A DNA stretch of 64,000 bases from an uncultured delta proteobacterium (lineage in GTDB: Bacteria > Myxococcota_A > Polyangia > Polyangiales > Polyangiaceae). The position numbers were made by a program, and so were the translations under genes. The stretch spans positions 1,216,001 to 1,280,000 of the forward strand of contig CAVOKF010000007.1 of NCBI GenBank assembly GCA_963696385.1. The letters are read 5' to 3'. Positions within the stretch are counted from its first letter, which is position 1, and each line of letters starts with the position of its first letter. Shown one piece after another: positions 9,759 through 18,720 of the stretch. Under the pieces are notes generated by a model, which searched no databases, had not been told where the DNA came from, and was given only the letters and a program-made list of their open reading frames with translations.

Positions 9759-11048
9759 TCACTCGAGGACAAGGCCCAACCCCAACGTGGCGTGCCCGAC
9801 AATCTTGGGCACCTCGAACACACTTGCGGACCCAAGTACGAATTGGTCGCGGTCGAGAGCGACGAGCGCGCCGAGCGCGATCTCGACGAACAGGGGTCCG
9901 AAAGCCACGATCCCGGCGGTCGCCTCGACCCCCGCTGCCGCCCACGGGCAATCCGCCGAGTGCGGCAGGTAGGTGTCTGAACCGGCGGCGCGTAGGACCC
10001 CGTATTCGGCGATCGCGCAAGGCCGAAAGATCCAGCGGGACAAAAAGGGCGCGGCCAGCGGGCACGCTTCGAGGGTCCCGGCGCCCAGACCGAAGCTCGC
10101 GACGCCCTGGGAGTAAGAGAAATCTCGATCCACCGTGTACGTCAGGCCGACCCGCAGCGAAGGAGCCCACATCGACTCGCCCTGCGCGACCGCCACTCCG
10201 GCGAGCGCGGCGACCCCCTGTGTGGGACCAGGAGCCATGCCCCAGGTGCTGATCGCGGCGGCGCTTCCGTGAAACGACCAGGTGCGCCGGCCGGCGGAGC
10301 GCGTGGCGCCCAACGCCCTCGCATCGCGGGCAGGGGTGAACGGCGGCGAACCGGCCCCCGAGGAGGAGGCCGGCGGCGGCAGCGCGGGCGTCAACGGCGA
10401 CGCTTGGGGGTTGGGGATCGGGGGCGGCGACACAAGAGGCGCCGGGGGCGCGGTCGCAGCCACTGCGGGCGAAGGCGCGACCACCGCGGGCGGAGACGTG
10501 GAGACTGCGGGCGAAGGCGCGACCACCGCGGACGCAGATGCCGACGCTGCAGGCGGAGGCGCCACCACGGCGGGCGCAGATGCCGAGACGGTTGGCGGAG
10601 ACGCGGAGGGGGCCGGGGCCGCGCGGGCAGGTACCGATGGCCGTGTGCCGGCGGATGCGCCTGCCGGCTCGATCGGACCGCCGGCGACGATCGCCAACGC
10701 GGCCATCAGCCCGATCGCCTCCGTCGCTTGGCGGCAGTCGGCCGCCACGATGGTGCGCTCGGACGTTCGCCCGTTGGGCTCGATGAGAAGGATCCGGCCG
10801 ACAGCGCCCTTTGCACTCGTCTGCACTTCGCCCCTGAGAAGCCGAGCGGGCGCACCCGACGGCGGCGTGCGTAGGGAGCCCACGCGGCTCCTCACGCGGC
10901 TCTCGAAATCCGCCAAATTGGGACACCCCGGGGGAGCGACGAACTCGAGACGCACGGCGGGCGGGGCGCTCTCGGCAAGCAGGCGTTGCGACGACCCGAC
11001 GACGGCGAGCACGAGTCCACCGGTCACCAAGCGGCAACGCATGCCCAT
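9759..11048 (-). CDS. Exported hypothetical protein with Cys-containing N-domain, Pro/Ala repeat linker and putative C-terminal beta-barrel
   Basis: Signal peptide; APPGCP...AADC; 14-aa repeats; amphipathic strands ending LGLGLVLE. Confidence 0.55.
   Translation of the reverse strand: MGMRCRLVTGGLVLAVVGSSQRLLAESAPPAVRLEFVAPPGCPNLADFESRVRSRVGSLRTPPSGAPARLLRGEVQTSAKGAVGRILLIEPNGRTSERTIVAADCRQATEAIGLMAALAIVAGGPIEPAGASAGTRPSVPARAAPAPSASPPTVSASAPAVVAPPPAASASASAVVAPSPAVSTSPPAVVAPSPAVAATAPPAPLVSPPPIPNPQASPLTPALPPPASSSGAGSPPFTPARDARALGATRSAGRRTWSFHGSAAAISTWGMAPGPTQGVAALAGVAVAQGESMWAPSLRVGLTYTVDRDFSYSQGVASFGLGAGTLEACPLAAPFLSRWIFRPCAIAEYGVLRAAGSDTYLPHSADCPWAAAGVEATAGIVAFGPLFVEIALGALVALDRDQFVLGSASVFEVPKIVGHATLGLGLVLE
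10462..10590. repeat. 42-bp in-frame tandem repeat, about 3 copies (AVVAP[SP]PA[AV] core)
   Basis: ACTGCGGGCGAAGGCGCGACCACCGCGG at 10462 and 10504; diverged copy at 10546. Confidence 0.8.
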
Positions 11049-11260
11049 GGATGCTTACCCTACCTCTGCCGCGGGCAGCATCGTCGCATCCCTGGCGATC
11101 GTTCGCGTCGCCGCGCCCTGCGCAGATTGGATCGCGCAGTCCTTGCGATCGTGCGCAAAGGATGCGGCGATGGCCTGGCACCTAGACGCCTACGCGTCCG
11201 GACGAGGGCGTCTGCAACCCCTCCGAGACGCGGCGGGCGCCTCATGGCGCGGCGGGCGCT

Positions 11261-11276
11261 CGGCACGGGGCATGCC
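11261..11276 (+). promoter_or_regulatory. Possible sigma-54 (-24/-12) promoter
   Basis: CGGCACGGGGCATGCC: GG-N10-GC with a GGCACG core, shortly upstream of ATG 11294. Confidence 0.35.
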
Positions 11277-11293
11277 TCTCTTTCTCCGGCATC

Positions 11294-11788
11294 ATGGCTG
11301 AACCACGAACACTTCGCTGCTACGAATACGTCAATCGGCCGTACGCGGCTGTGAGCGAGCTCCTTCATCGCGACCCGCTCAAGTTGCTCCAGCGAGCGAC
11401 GTCGTCGGCGGCCGCGCGGGCGAGTTCTTTGTTTGCAAACTTGCACGTGCACGTCGCTGGCATCGACATTGGCGTGGACGTGCGCGTTCTGGTGCGCCGA
11501 GTGCGCGACATGGAGACGGGACCCGGTATCGTGCCGGTCACGCGAGTCGAGCTGTCATGGGAGGCCACGCGCGCCGCAGCGCTTTTTCCGACCATGCTCG
11601 CCGAACTGTCCGCTCAGCCGCTGTCGGCGACGGAAACGCAACTCGATATCGCGGGAACGTACTGGCTGCCGCTCGGCCTTCTCGGCAACGCGATCGACTC
11701 CACGATAGGACACCGGATCGCGGAGGCCACCGTGCACCGCTTGCTCGGGGATCTCGTGGAGCAGATTCGAGACGAGCTCAAAGCCTAG
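11294..11788 (+). CDS. Hypothetical protein (possible SRPBCC/START-like fold)
   Basis: Compact ORF with coding-like composition; LSWEA..LFP..AEL..TQLDIAGTY..PLGLLGNAID..GHRIAEA pattern. Confidence 0.6.
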   Translation: MAEPRTLRCYEYVNRPYAAVSELLHRDPLKLLQRATSSAAARASSLFANLHVHVAGIDIGVDVRVLVRRVRDMETGPGIVPVTRVELSWEATRAAALFPTMLAELSAQPLSATETQLDIAGTYWLPLGLLGNAIDSTIGHRIAEATVHRLLGDLVEQIRDELKA

Positions 11789-11852
11789 CGCGTTCCTGCA
11801 CGGCGCGGCGCGATGCGGACCGCCTCCCGAATCGGGAAGCCCGACTGCGGAC

Positions 11853-13304
11853 GTGGTACGTCCCCTTGGCATGACGAGCGAAAGCGAGCCGGGCCAAGAG
11901 GGCCCGCGCCCGGTACCCCTGACCCGGTTCGAGCAGCGCTTCGGACACCCGCCGGGACTCGTCATCCTGTTCTTCGCGGAGATGTGGGAGCGATTCAGCT
12001 TCTACGGCATGCGCGGCCTGCTCAAGCTCTACATGGTCAACTACCTCTTCGTCACGGCCCGCGAAGCCCTGCAGGGGTGCACGAAGCTCGTGCCCCCGTG
12101 CGCTCTCACCCCCGGCAATCCGCACGACGTCTTCTTCTGGGACTCCATCCAGCGCATTCTTCCCCAGCGCCCCGCCGAGGCTGCCTCGCTTCTGTACGGG
12201 ACGTATACGGCGCTGGTCTATTTGACCCCTTTTTTCGGGGGCATCATCGCCGACCGATGGCTTGGCCAGCGCAAGGCCGTGGTCATCGGGGCCGTACTGA
12301 TGGCGCTCGGCCACTTCGTCATGGCGATCGAGAGTTCATTTTTCGTCGCTCTGATCCTGCTCATTCTGGGCAATGGCTCGTTCAAGCCGAACATCTCGAC
12401 CCAGGTCGGCAACCTGTATCGGCCGTCGGACCCCAGGCGCGACGGCGCATTCACCATTTTCTATATGGGCATCAACCTGGGTGCATTCATCGCAAACCTG
12501 GTCTGCGGTACGCTCGCCGCGATCTACGGATGGCACGTTGGGTTCGCGGCAGCCGGTGTGGGCATGATCCTCGGACTCTCGGTGTATCTTGCCGGACACC
12601 GGCACCTGGCCGAAGACAACCTCACCAAGGCGCGCCTGGCGCACGCGAGCCCGCCGGCAGCGCTCACCGGGGGGGAGAAGCGTCGAGTCGTGGCCCTGGT
12701 CGTCTTGTGCGCGCTCAACGTGGTGTTCTGGGCCGTTTACGAGCAGCAAGGCAACACCATGCAATCGTGGGCCGACGACCAGACTCGCTGGCCCAGGGTC
12801 TTCGGCTTCCAGATCCCATCGACCTGGTTCCAGTCGTTCAATCCCCTGGCCATCATCGTCCTCGCGCCGCTGCTCGATATCCTGTGGCGCAGGCAACGCG
12901 AACGCAACGCCGAGCCGACCACGCTCACCAAGATGGCGCTCGGATGCATCCTGCTCGGCGCGAGCTTCGTCGTGATGATCGCGGGTGCCCGGGTGGTGGG
13001 TGAGGGCCGCGGAAGCCCATTGTGGCCCCTGGGCTGCACCCTGCTCTTGACCATCGGGGAGCTCTATCTCTCACCCGTCGGGCTCTCGCTCGTGACCAAG
13101 GTGGCGCCGATTCGGATGGTTTCCATGTTGATGGGCATGTGGCTTCTGTCGAGCTTCTTCGGCAATTTCCTGAGTGGCGCGATCGGTGTCCTTTACACGC
13201 GCTGGTCCAAGGACGCGTTCTTTCTTCTCCTGACCTTGCTCGGCGTCGGCATCGGGTTGGCGATGCTCGCCGTCCGACGGCCGTTGAAGGCCGCCATGCA
13301 ATAG
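11853..13304 (+). CDS. Proton-dependent oligopeptide transporter (POT/PTR family MFS)
   Basis: FAEMWERFSFYGMR (ExxERFxYY-type), GGIIADRWLG, FKPNISTQVG, FYMGINLGA, GELYLSPVGLS. Confidence 0.95.
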   Translation: MVRPLGMTSESEPGQEGPRPVPLTRFEQRFGHPPGLVILFFAEMWERFSFYGMRGLLKLYMVNYLFVTAREALQGCTKLVPPCALTPGNPHDVFFWDSIQRILPQRPAEAASLLYGTYTALVYLTPFFGGIIADRWLGQRKAVVIGAVLMALGHFVMAIESSFFVALILLILGNGSFKPNISTQVGNLYRPSDPRRDGAFTIFYMGINLGAFIANLVCGTLAAIYGWHVGFAAAGVGMILGLSVYLAGHRHLAEDNLTKARLAHASPPAALTGGEKRRVVALVVLCALNVVFWAVYEQQGNTMQSWADDQTRWPRVFGFQIPSTWFQSFNPLAIIVLAPLLDILWRRQRERNAEPTTLTKMALGCILLGASFVVMIAGARVVGEGRGSPLWPLGCTLLLTIGELYLSPVGLSLVTKVAPIRMVSMLMGMWLLSSFFGNFLSGAIGVLYTRWSKDAFFLLLTLLGVGIGLAMLAVRRPLKAAMQ

Positions 13305-13306
13305 AG

Positions 13307-13879
13307 TCAACGGGGGCCGGGAAGCTTGCCGAGCTTCCGCTGCAGACTCCGCCGATGCAGGCCAAGCAGGCGCGCGGCTTGTGTGACGTTGCCCCCGCAC
13401 TCGACCATCACGCGCTCGATGTGCTCCCATTCGACCCGCGCGAGGCTCGGAACCTTCGCCGGCTGCGGCAACTCCGACGGTCGCGGTTGCAGCTCGAAGC
13501 CCGCAATGAGCTCATCGATATCGGCAGGCTTGGTCAGATAGTGGATGGCGCCTGAGCGCACGGCCTCGAGAGCCGTCGCAATGCTGCCATAGCCCGTCAA
13601 GACGACGATGCGCGTCGTGGGATCGAGTTCGTGCAGTCGGCGCACCACCGTGAGCCCGGATGCGCCTTGCAGCCGCAGGTCGACGACGGCGTACTCGGGA
13701 GTTTCTCGCTCCGCTCTCGCAATCGCTTCTCCGGGACTCCCCGCGCCCCAGGCCGCGAAACCGCGCTCTTCGAGCGCTTGCAGGAGCCGAAGACGAAAGG
13801 ACTCTTCGTCGTCGACGACGAGGACCGTCTTGCGCTCGATGTCGGCGGCCACGAGCGTCTGCGGCGACGGCTGACTCAT
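13307..13879 (-). CDS. regA: RegA/PrrA/ActR-family response regulator
   Basis: REC domain (VVDDE, VVDLRL, LTGYGSIATA) plus RegA-type HTH SLARVEWEHIERV..NVTQAARLLGLHRRSLQRKL; start MSQPSP overlaps the kinase stop. Confidence 0.88.
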   Translation of the reverse strand: MSQPSPQTLVAADIERKTVLVVDDEESFRLRLLQALEERGFAAWGAGSPGEAIARAERETPEYAVVDLRLQGASGLTVVRRLHELDPTTRIVVLTGYGSIATALEAVRSGAIHYLTKPADIDELIAGFELQPRPSELPQPAKVPSLARVEWEHIERVMVECGGNVTQAARLLGLHRRSLQRKLGKLPGPR

Positions 13880-15243
13880 GAGCCACCCGCAAGCGGGTCG
13901 AGCGGCAGCGCGAGCTCGGCATCGAGACCCCCGCCGGGCCTGGGCGAATACCGAAGCTCTCCACCGAGGCGCTGCGCGAATCTCTGGGCAAGGTAGACGC
14001 CGAGTCCGAGCCCTCCGGCCTGCGCTTTCGTTGTCAGGAAGGGCTGACCCACGCGCTGCAGCACCGACGCCGACATGCCGGGGCCGCGGTCCAGCACGTG
14101 GAAGACGAGCCGGTCGCCGACCGCGACGCAAAGCTCCACGGGCGCGTCCACCTTCGCCTCCTCGTGCGCCTCGACGGCATTCCGGACGAGGTTCGTAATC
14201 ATTTGCGCCAGCGTGTCCTTCGGCAACACGACGGTCGTGGCAGACGCTTGCGCGCCGTCGAGTCGGACGACGAGAGGCACACGTCCACGCGCAGCGGCGC
14301 GGTCGACCAAGCCCAAGACCTCGCCAGGTGTCGTGAACGCAGGCATTTCGCCCACCGACTCGCCAGCGCGTGCCGAGATGTCGCCCAGGATCTTCCGGCA
14401 ACGTGCGACTTCGCGGCAAATCAGCTGCGCGTCCGCCTGGAGCGCGCCACCGGAGCGCCCCTGCACGACGCCCGACGCCAGTTCCTTGGCGGCGAGACCG
14501 ATGGTGGCGAGGGGCGTAGCCAGCTCATGAGCCGCGTGAGCCGAGAAGCTCGAGAGCGTGGCCAACCTGTCGTTTTGCAGAGCCAGGTGCTCCACCGCCG
14601 CCAGGTGTCGATCGCGATCGCGCAGGGCCTGCGACACCTTGCCGATGAAGTAGGCGACAAACGAGGCCGTGAGCGCGTACGAGACCCACATTCCAAGCAG
14701 ATGCATCCTCGCGACCGATCCATGCCCATGCTCGTGGTGGTCGTGCACCGACCCGAGAAAGAGCGACCCGAAGGCAACGACGGTGAGGCCGACGAGTCCC
14801 CACGCCGCCCGCGGCGGCAGCAGCAGCGACGCGAGTGCGACGTGAACGAGGAAAAAGACGCTGAAGGGGTTTGCGGGGCCGCCGGAGACGTAGAGCATCG
14901 CCGTCAGACCGAGCGCGTCGACGACCAGCACGATGGGAATCAGGCGCTCGGCGGCGGTCGCGGCCGACGGCAATCGGGATAGGACGAGGTTGGAAGCCGC
15001 CGTCAGCCCGACAATCGTGCCCATCACGAGCCAGGGCAACTGCACCCCCAAGACAAAACGCGCCGTGCCCAGGGCGATCACCTGTCCGGCCACCGCACCC
15101 CAACGCAGACGCACCAGCCAGGGCAGCCCCACGAACGTTTCGGCCAAGGGGGGCACCGGGTTGGCTCGCGGTGCGACCGGCCATCCGCGGCGCACGGGGC
15201 CCGCAACGCCGCTCAGCGCGGGGATCTCGGCCTGCGGCAGCAT
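13876..15243 (-). CDS. regB: RegB/PrrB-family sensor histidine kinase
   Basis: WLVRLRW, quinone-site motif SGGPANPF, H-box AAHELATPL, redox Cys in EVARCRKIL, HATPase boxes; His-rich loop HDHHEHGHG. Confidence 0.88.
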   Translation of the reverse strand: MLPQAEIPALSGVAGPVRRGWPVAPRANPVPPLAETFVGLPWLVRLRWGAVAGQVIALGTARFVLGVQLPWLVMGTIVGLTAASNLVLSRLPSAATAAERLIPIVLVVDALGLTAMLYVSGGPANPFSVFFLVHVALASLLLPPRAAWGLVGLTVVAFGSLFLGSVHDHHEHGHGSVARMHLLGMWVSYALTASFVAYFIGKVSQALRDRDRHLAAVEHLALQNDRLATLSSFSAHAAHELATPLATIGLAAKELASGVVQGRSGGALQADAQLICREVARCRKILGDISARAGESVGEMPAFTTPGEVLGLVDRAAARGRVPLVVRLDGAQASATTVVLPKDTLAQMITNLVRNAVEAHEEAKVDAPVELCVAVGDRLVFHVLDRGPGMSASVLQRVGQPFLTTKAQAGGLGLGVYLAQRFAQRLGGELRYSPRPGGGLDAELALPLDPLAGGS

Positions 15244-15278
15244 GCCGATCACTTTAGTGCAGGAAGTCACCGGGCGAT

Positions 15279-15297
15279 GTGCGACAGAACGTCGCAC
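15279..15297. promoter_or_regulatory. RegA/RegR-type box 1 (upstream of regB)
   Basis: Perfect palindrome GTGCGAC-AGAAC-GTCGCAC; TAAAGT -10-like hexamer 7 nt before ATG 15243 on the minus strand. Confidence 0.7.
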
Positions 15298-15399
15298 CCC
15301 GGCGCGTGTCTCCGGCCCCGGGCAGCGGGCGTCCGCATCGGAGCGCCCGTGGGTCACCCTTCTGCCGTCATCCTCGCCGGTGCGGGGCCAGCGGGCTAT

Positions 15400-15414
15400 G
15401 CGACGATTTGCCGC
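15400..15414. promoter_or_regulatory. RegA/RegR-type box 2 (upstream of redoxin gene)
   Basis: GCGAC-GATTT-GCCGC, the reverse complement of GCGGC-N5-GTCGC. Confidence 0.7.
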
Positions 15415-15450
15415 GCCACGCAGCGCGCACACTCGCGGCAGACTCGCGGA

Positions 15451-16023
15451 ATGCCTCTTCGCGTCTACGTTCTACCGGCGCTTCTTGCGTGCGTCTCGTG
15501 CGCCGCGTCGGATCGGCCAGCTCCGCAAACACCGAGCGCGCCGCTCGTCGCCGTCGACGGAACGTCTCGCGACGCCCGCAGCGTCGCGGCCGACGCGCGC
15601 TTGACCGTCTTCATTTTCTTTTCGTCGCATTGCCACTGCCTTTCCGCGCACGATGCAAGGATACGCGCGCTTTTCGATGCCTATGGGCCGCGCGGCGTCC
15701 AATTCGCAATGGTGGACTCGGAGGTCCTGGCGACACCCGAAGCGGACGCGGTCGAAGCGCATCGCCGCGGCTACCGGTTCCCGATCTGGCTCGATCGGCA
15801 CGCCAGGCTGGCCGACGCACTCGGCGCCGAGTACGCCACGTATGCGGTCGTGGTCGACTCGCGCGGGAGCGTGCTCTACCGAGGCGGACTCGACAGCGAC
15901 AAGCAGCATTTGCACGACGACGCCCGGTTCTACTTGCGCGACGCGCTCGACGACCTCCTGGCGGGCCGCGCACCTCGTCGTGCCGAAGGAAAAACGCTCG
16001 GCTGCGCGCTCGTCAAATCGTAG
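15451..16023 (+). CDS. Redoxin/thioredoxin-fold lipoprotein
   Basis: Signal peptide with Cys; VFIFFSSHCHCLSAH, FPIWLD..LADALGA, VVVDSRGSVLYRGGLD, YLRDALDDLLAG, C-terminal GC. Confidence 0.75.
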   Translation: MPLRVYVLPALLACVSCAASDRPAPQTPSAPLVAVDGTSRDARSVAADARLTVFIFFSSHCHCLSAHDARIRALFDAYGPRGVQFAMVDSEVLATPEADAVEAHRRGYRFPIWLDRHARLADALGAEYATYAVVVDSRGSVLYRGGLDSDKQHLHDDARFYLRDALDDLLAGRAPRRAEGKTLGCALVKS

Positions 16024-16059
16024 AGACGGAGCCGGCAAGCGCCGAGGACAGCGGCCGCC

Positions 16060-16074
16060 GCGACGATTTGCCGC
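16060..16074. promoter_or_regulatory. RegA/RegR-type box 3
   Basis: GCGACGATTTGCCGC, identical to box 2, 37 nt before ATG 16112. Confidence 0.7.
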
Positions 16075-16111
16075 AGGCCGACCCTCGCGCGCATGTGCCA
16101 GGATGGCCCGC

Positions 16112-16561
16112 ATGCGAGTCGCGTGGACCACGGGTTGGCTCGCGCTGTCGGTCGCCTGCGGCACGGCGTCCACGCCCGAAACGTACGGCTTTACGGCACC
16201 GCCGATGCTCGCGCTCGTTTCGCGCGACTCCGCGCTACAAGTCGCCGTGCGAACTTCGCCGCAACCGCCGACGCGAGGCGAGCAAAGTGTCGAGTACACG
16301 ATCTCGGACACCACGGGCGCTCCGGCTTCGGGGCTGACCCTCGTCGTCGTACCCTGGATGCCGGCCATGGGGCACGGAACGGCCGTGACCCCGGTGGTCT
16401 CCGAGACCGCGCCCGGAACGTACCGGATCGCGGACGTCGACTTCTTCATGCCGGGGCAGTGGGTTCTCCGGACGACAATCTCGGGCCCCACCGGTTCGGA
16501 TGCAGCCGCCGACGGGGGCTCCCCGAGTGACTATGTCGAACCGTCGTTCGAAATACCCTGA
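16112..16561 (+). CDS. YtkA/FixH-like lipoprotein
   Basis: Lipobox SVAC; PWMPAMGHG, ETAPGTYRI..FFMPGQW typical of the YtkA-like Ig fold. Confidence 0.7.
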   Translation: MRVAWTTGWLALSVACGTASTPETYGFTAPPMLALVSRDSALQVAVRTSPQPPTRGEQSVEYTISDTTGAPASGLTLVVVPWMPAMGHGTAVTPVVSETAPGTYRIADVDFFMPGQWVLRTTISGPTGSDAAADGGSPSDYVEPSFEIP

Positions 16562-17480
16562 GGGGATAACCGCGCTCGGCGCCGCATGCGCAATCTTGGC
16601 CGTCTCCCCTTCCGCGCGCAGTCAGGCCTGTTGTGCGGGAACGGGGGCCGTGACGCCCGGGCGGCTGGCGTTGCACGAAGACGCGCTGCTCGGACTCCAG
16701 ACGAAGGTGGGGGACGTGGTCGGCTCGTTCAACCTGGCTGGGGACTACGTCGCGCCGCCCGCGAGAGCGTCGGAGCTCGACTTCGAAGAGGACCTGTTTG
16801 GCGCGGTCCGCTTCTTGGGTCGCGGACAAGTGGCTCTTCTCGTTCCGCTCGTCGAAACCTGGCGGGCCAGTCTTGGACAGTCGGCCTTCGGCGGGGGATT
16901 CGGCGACGTGAACGTGAGCGCCCGCTACGACTTCACGATCGCGGGGGCGTCGCTCGTCGTTCCAGGGGTTGCCGCGCTGGCGGGGCTGACTCTGCCGACC
17001 GGAAAGCCTCCCGACGCCTCCGACGTCGGGCCTCTGGCGACCGGCGCCACGGGCATCGGCGCAGCCCAATTGAACGCGGGGTTGGCCATCGAGAACGCCT
17101 TCGGGCCGTGGCTCGTCAACGCCACGGCCGTGCTCGCGGTGCGCACGGCGCGCACCGTCGGCTCTGGCGAGTCCGCCGTGCACGAACGGCTGGCGCCTCA
17201 GTGGACGATCCTCGCGGCACTGGCTTATGTGTTCCCAAACGACTGGGCGGCCGCGGTCAGCGCCTCGTACGCAGGCGAGGGAAACGCCACGATCAATGGC
17301 GTCGAGGCGCCCGGAACGTCGCATGGGCTTCCGACACTCTCGCTCTCGGGGGTCGCGCCCTTGAGCGACACCTGGAGACTCCAGGGAGCCCTTTACGACA
17401 ACGTGCCGATTCCCGGCGTCGGCGTGAACCAACCTGCCGACGCCGGCTTTTCGATCACACTGATTCGGTCGTGGCTTTGA
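16533..17480 (+). CDS. Putative outer-membrane beta-barrel / transporter-family protein
   Basis: Signal peptide followed by QACCAG; GGGFGDV..RYDF, GLTLPTG..ATGIG; amphipathic strands ending LIRSWL. Confidence 0.6.
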   Translation: MSNRRSKYPEGITALGAACAILAVSPSARSQACCAGTGAVTPGRLALHEDALLGLQTKVGDVVGSFNLAGDYVAPPARASELDFEEDLFGAVRFLGRGQVALLVPLVETWRASLGQSAFGGGFGDVNVSARYDFTIAGASLVVPGVAALAGLTLPTGKPPDASDVGPLATGATGIGAAQLNAGLAIENAFGPWLVNATAVLAVRTARTVGSGESAVHERLAPQWTILAALAYVFPNDWAAAVSASYAGEGNATINGVEAPGTSHGLPTLSLSGVAPLSDTWRLQGALYDNVPIPGVGVNQPADAGFSITLIRSWL

Positions 17481-17586
17481 CGGGGCGGGCCGCTCGCTCA
17501 GGATAGCCCCCGTTCGGTCCGGGCGACCCGCCGTCTTCGGCCACGCACCCCAGCGCGCTCCCCGAGTCGCGCCGCCAGGCCTGCCG

Positions 17587-18255
17587 TCAAGGCACGGTCA
17601 GGTGGAATGCCGCATGTCCGTGGGGTGAATCGGGGGCGACGTCCAAGCAATTCTCGTTGAAATGAAACCGGATCGTCCACGAGCCGGAGGCATCGAACTC
17701 AATCCGGCCGACGTACGTCCCGGGCGTCGTCTCGGTCATCTCGTAAATGTCTCCGCCAGGCGCATTGGTCGGTCCGGGGTGCGTCGTCATGTCGTCGCAG
17801 TAGCCTGCGCCGCCGTCGCCGGATTCGCTCGTGTAGTATTCGATATGGGTATGGGCACCCGTCAGCGGAGTGCTTGTCCCCAAGTACGTCGCTACGACGG
17901 TGAAGACGACGCCGGGGTCGCCTTCGCAGAGGGGCGTCGAGATCCATTCGACATGGTACTTGCAGTCATCGTCGTCGCCGTCTTGACCGTACATCGTCGC
18001 GGCGTACGCGCAGCCGCCGCCCGCGTCCCCCGTCTCGGTGCATCCGGCTGGGCTCACCATCTGAATCATCAAGCCCCCGTCGTCCTGGATGCAATGCGTA
18101 TCGGCCGGCCCCGGGGTCGCGCCGCCGGGGTCCAAGCAGGAACTGGCAGCCGTCGATGGACTGGATTTCGACGAGCAGGCGACGATGGCCATGGCCGTGA
18201 GCCAGAGCGGCACGCCCAGGACAGGTCGCCACTGTGAGATTCGACGAGCTCGCAT
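17587..18255 (-). CDS. Cys/His-rich lipoprotein with YtkA-like C-terminal domain
   Basis: RBS GAAAGGAA; lipobox IVAC; 8 further Cys; ETTPGTY..EFDASGSWTIRFH; C-terminal SPHGHAAFH. Confidence 0.6.
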   Translation of the reverse strand: MRARRISQWRPVLGVPLWLTAMAIVACSSKSSPSTAASSCLDPGGATPGPADTHCIQDDGGLMIQMVSPAGCTETGDAGGGCAYAATMYGQDGDDDDCKYHVEWISTPLCEGDPGVVFTVVATYLGTSTPLTGAHTHIEYYTSESGDGGAGYCDDMTTHPGPTNAPGGDIYEMTETTPGTYVGRIEFDASGSWTIRFHFNENCLDVAPDSPHGHAAFHLTVP

Positions 18256-18272
18256 GTTTCTTCCTTTCATCC

Positions 18273-18668
18273 TCAGTTTTCCGGGGCCTTGCACACGAGC
18301 CAACCAAGGAGCGCAGTCCGATCGACCGTAGAAAGCGGCCCCGCATCGGCGGGGGGCATCGCGCAGGCATTGACCTGAACGAGCATCGACCCTTGGCTTC
18401 GAGACACCCCCGAGTAGCTCGAGAAGTCGAACACGGACTGCTCGACGCCTCCGGTCAGGTGACACGGTCCGCACGACTGATCGACGATGGCCTGAACCTC
18501 GCCGCTCCAACTCGGTCGGGGGCTTGGGCAGGCCGCCGGAAGGTCGTGCGGGCAGACGGGTGGCGTGGATTCCGGATCCGCCCCCTGACAGCCCCCCACG
18601 CTCGACGCGACCAGAGCCACGCGCGCCAGGCGCATCACGGAGCCGGCGGTGCCGCGCTGAAACCGCAC
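18273..18668 (-). CDS. Small lipoprotein with c-type heme motif (CxxCH)
   Basis: Lipobox VGGC; PSW..CGPCH..MPP..LLGWL..APEN; GTG 18668 or ATG 18635 as start. Confidence 0.6.
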   Translation of the reverse strand: MRFQRGTAGSVMRLARVALVASSVGGCQGADPESTPPVCPHDLPAACPSPRPSWSGEVQAIVDQSCGPCHLTGGVEQSVFDFSSYSGVSRSQGSMLVQVNACAMPPADAGPLSTVDRTALLGWLVCKAPEN

Positions 18669-18705
18669 GAGCGCAGTCGTAGCGGCGACCGCCGCAAAGG
18701 GACAT

Positions 18706-18720
18706 GCGGTGTTTTGTCGC
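18706..18720. promoter_or_regulatory. RegA/RegR-type box 4
   Basis: (T)GCGGT-GTTTT-GTCGC(A), 37 nt upstream of GTG 18668 on the minus strand. Confidence 0.6.
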
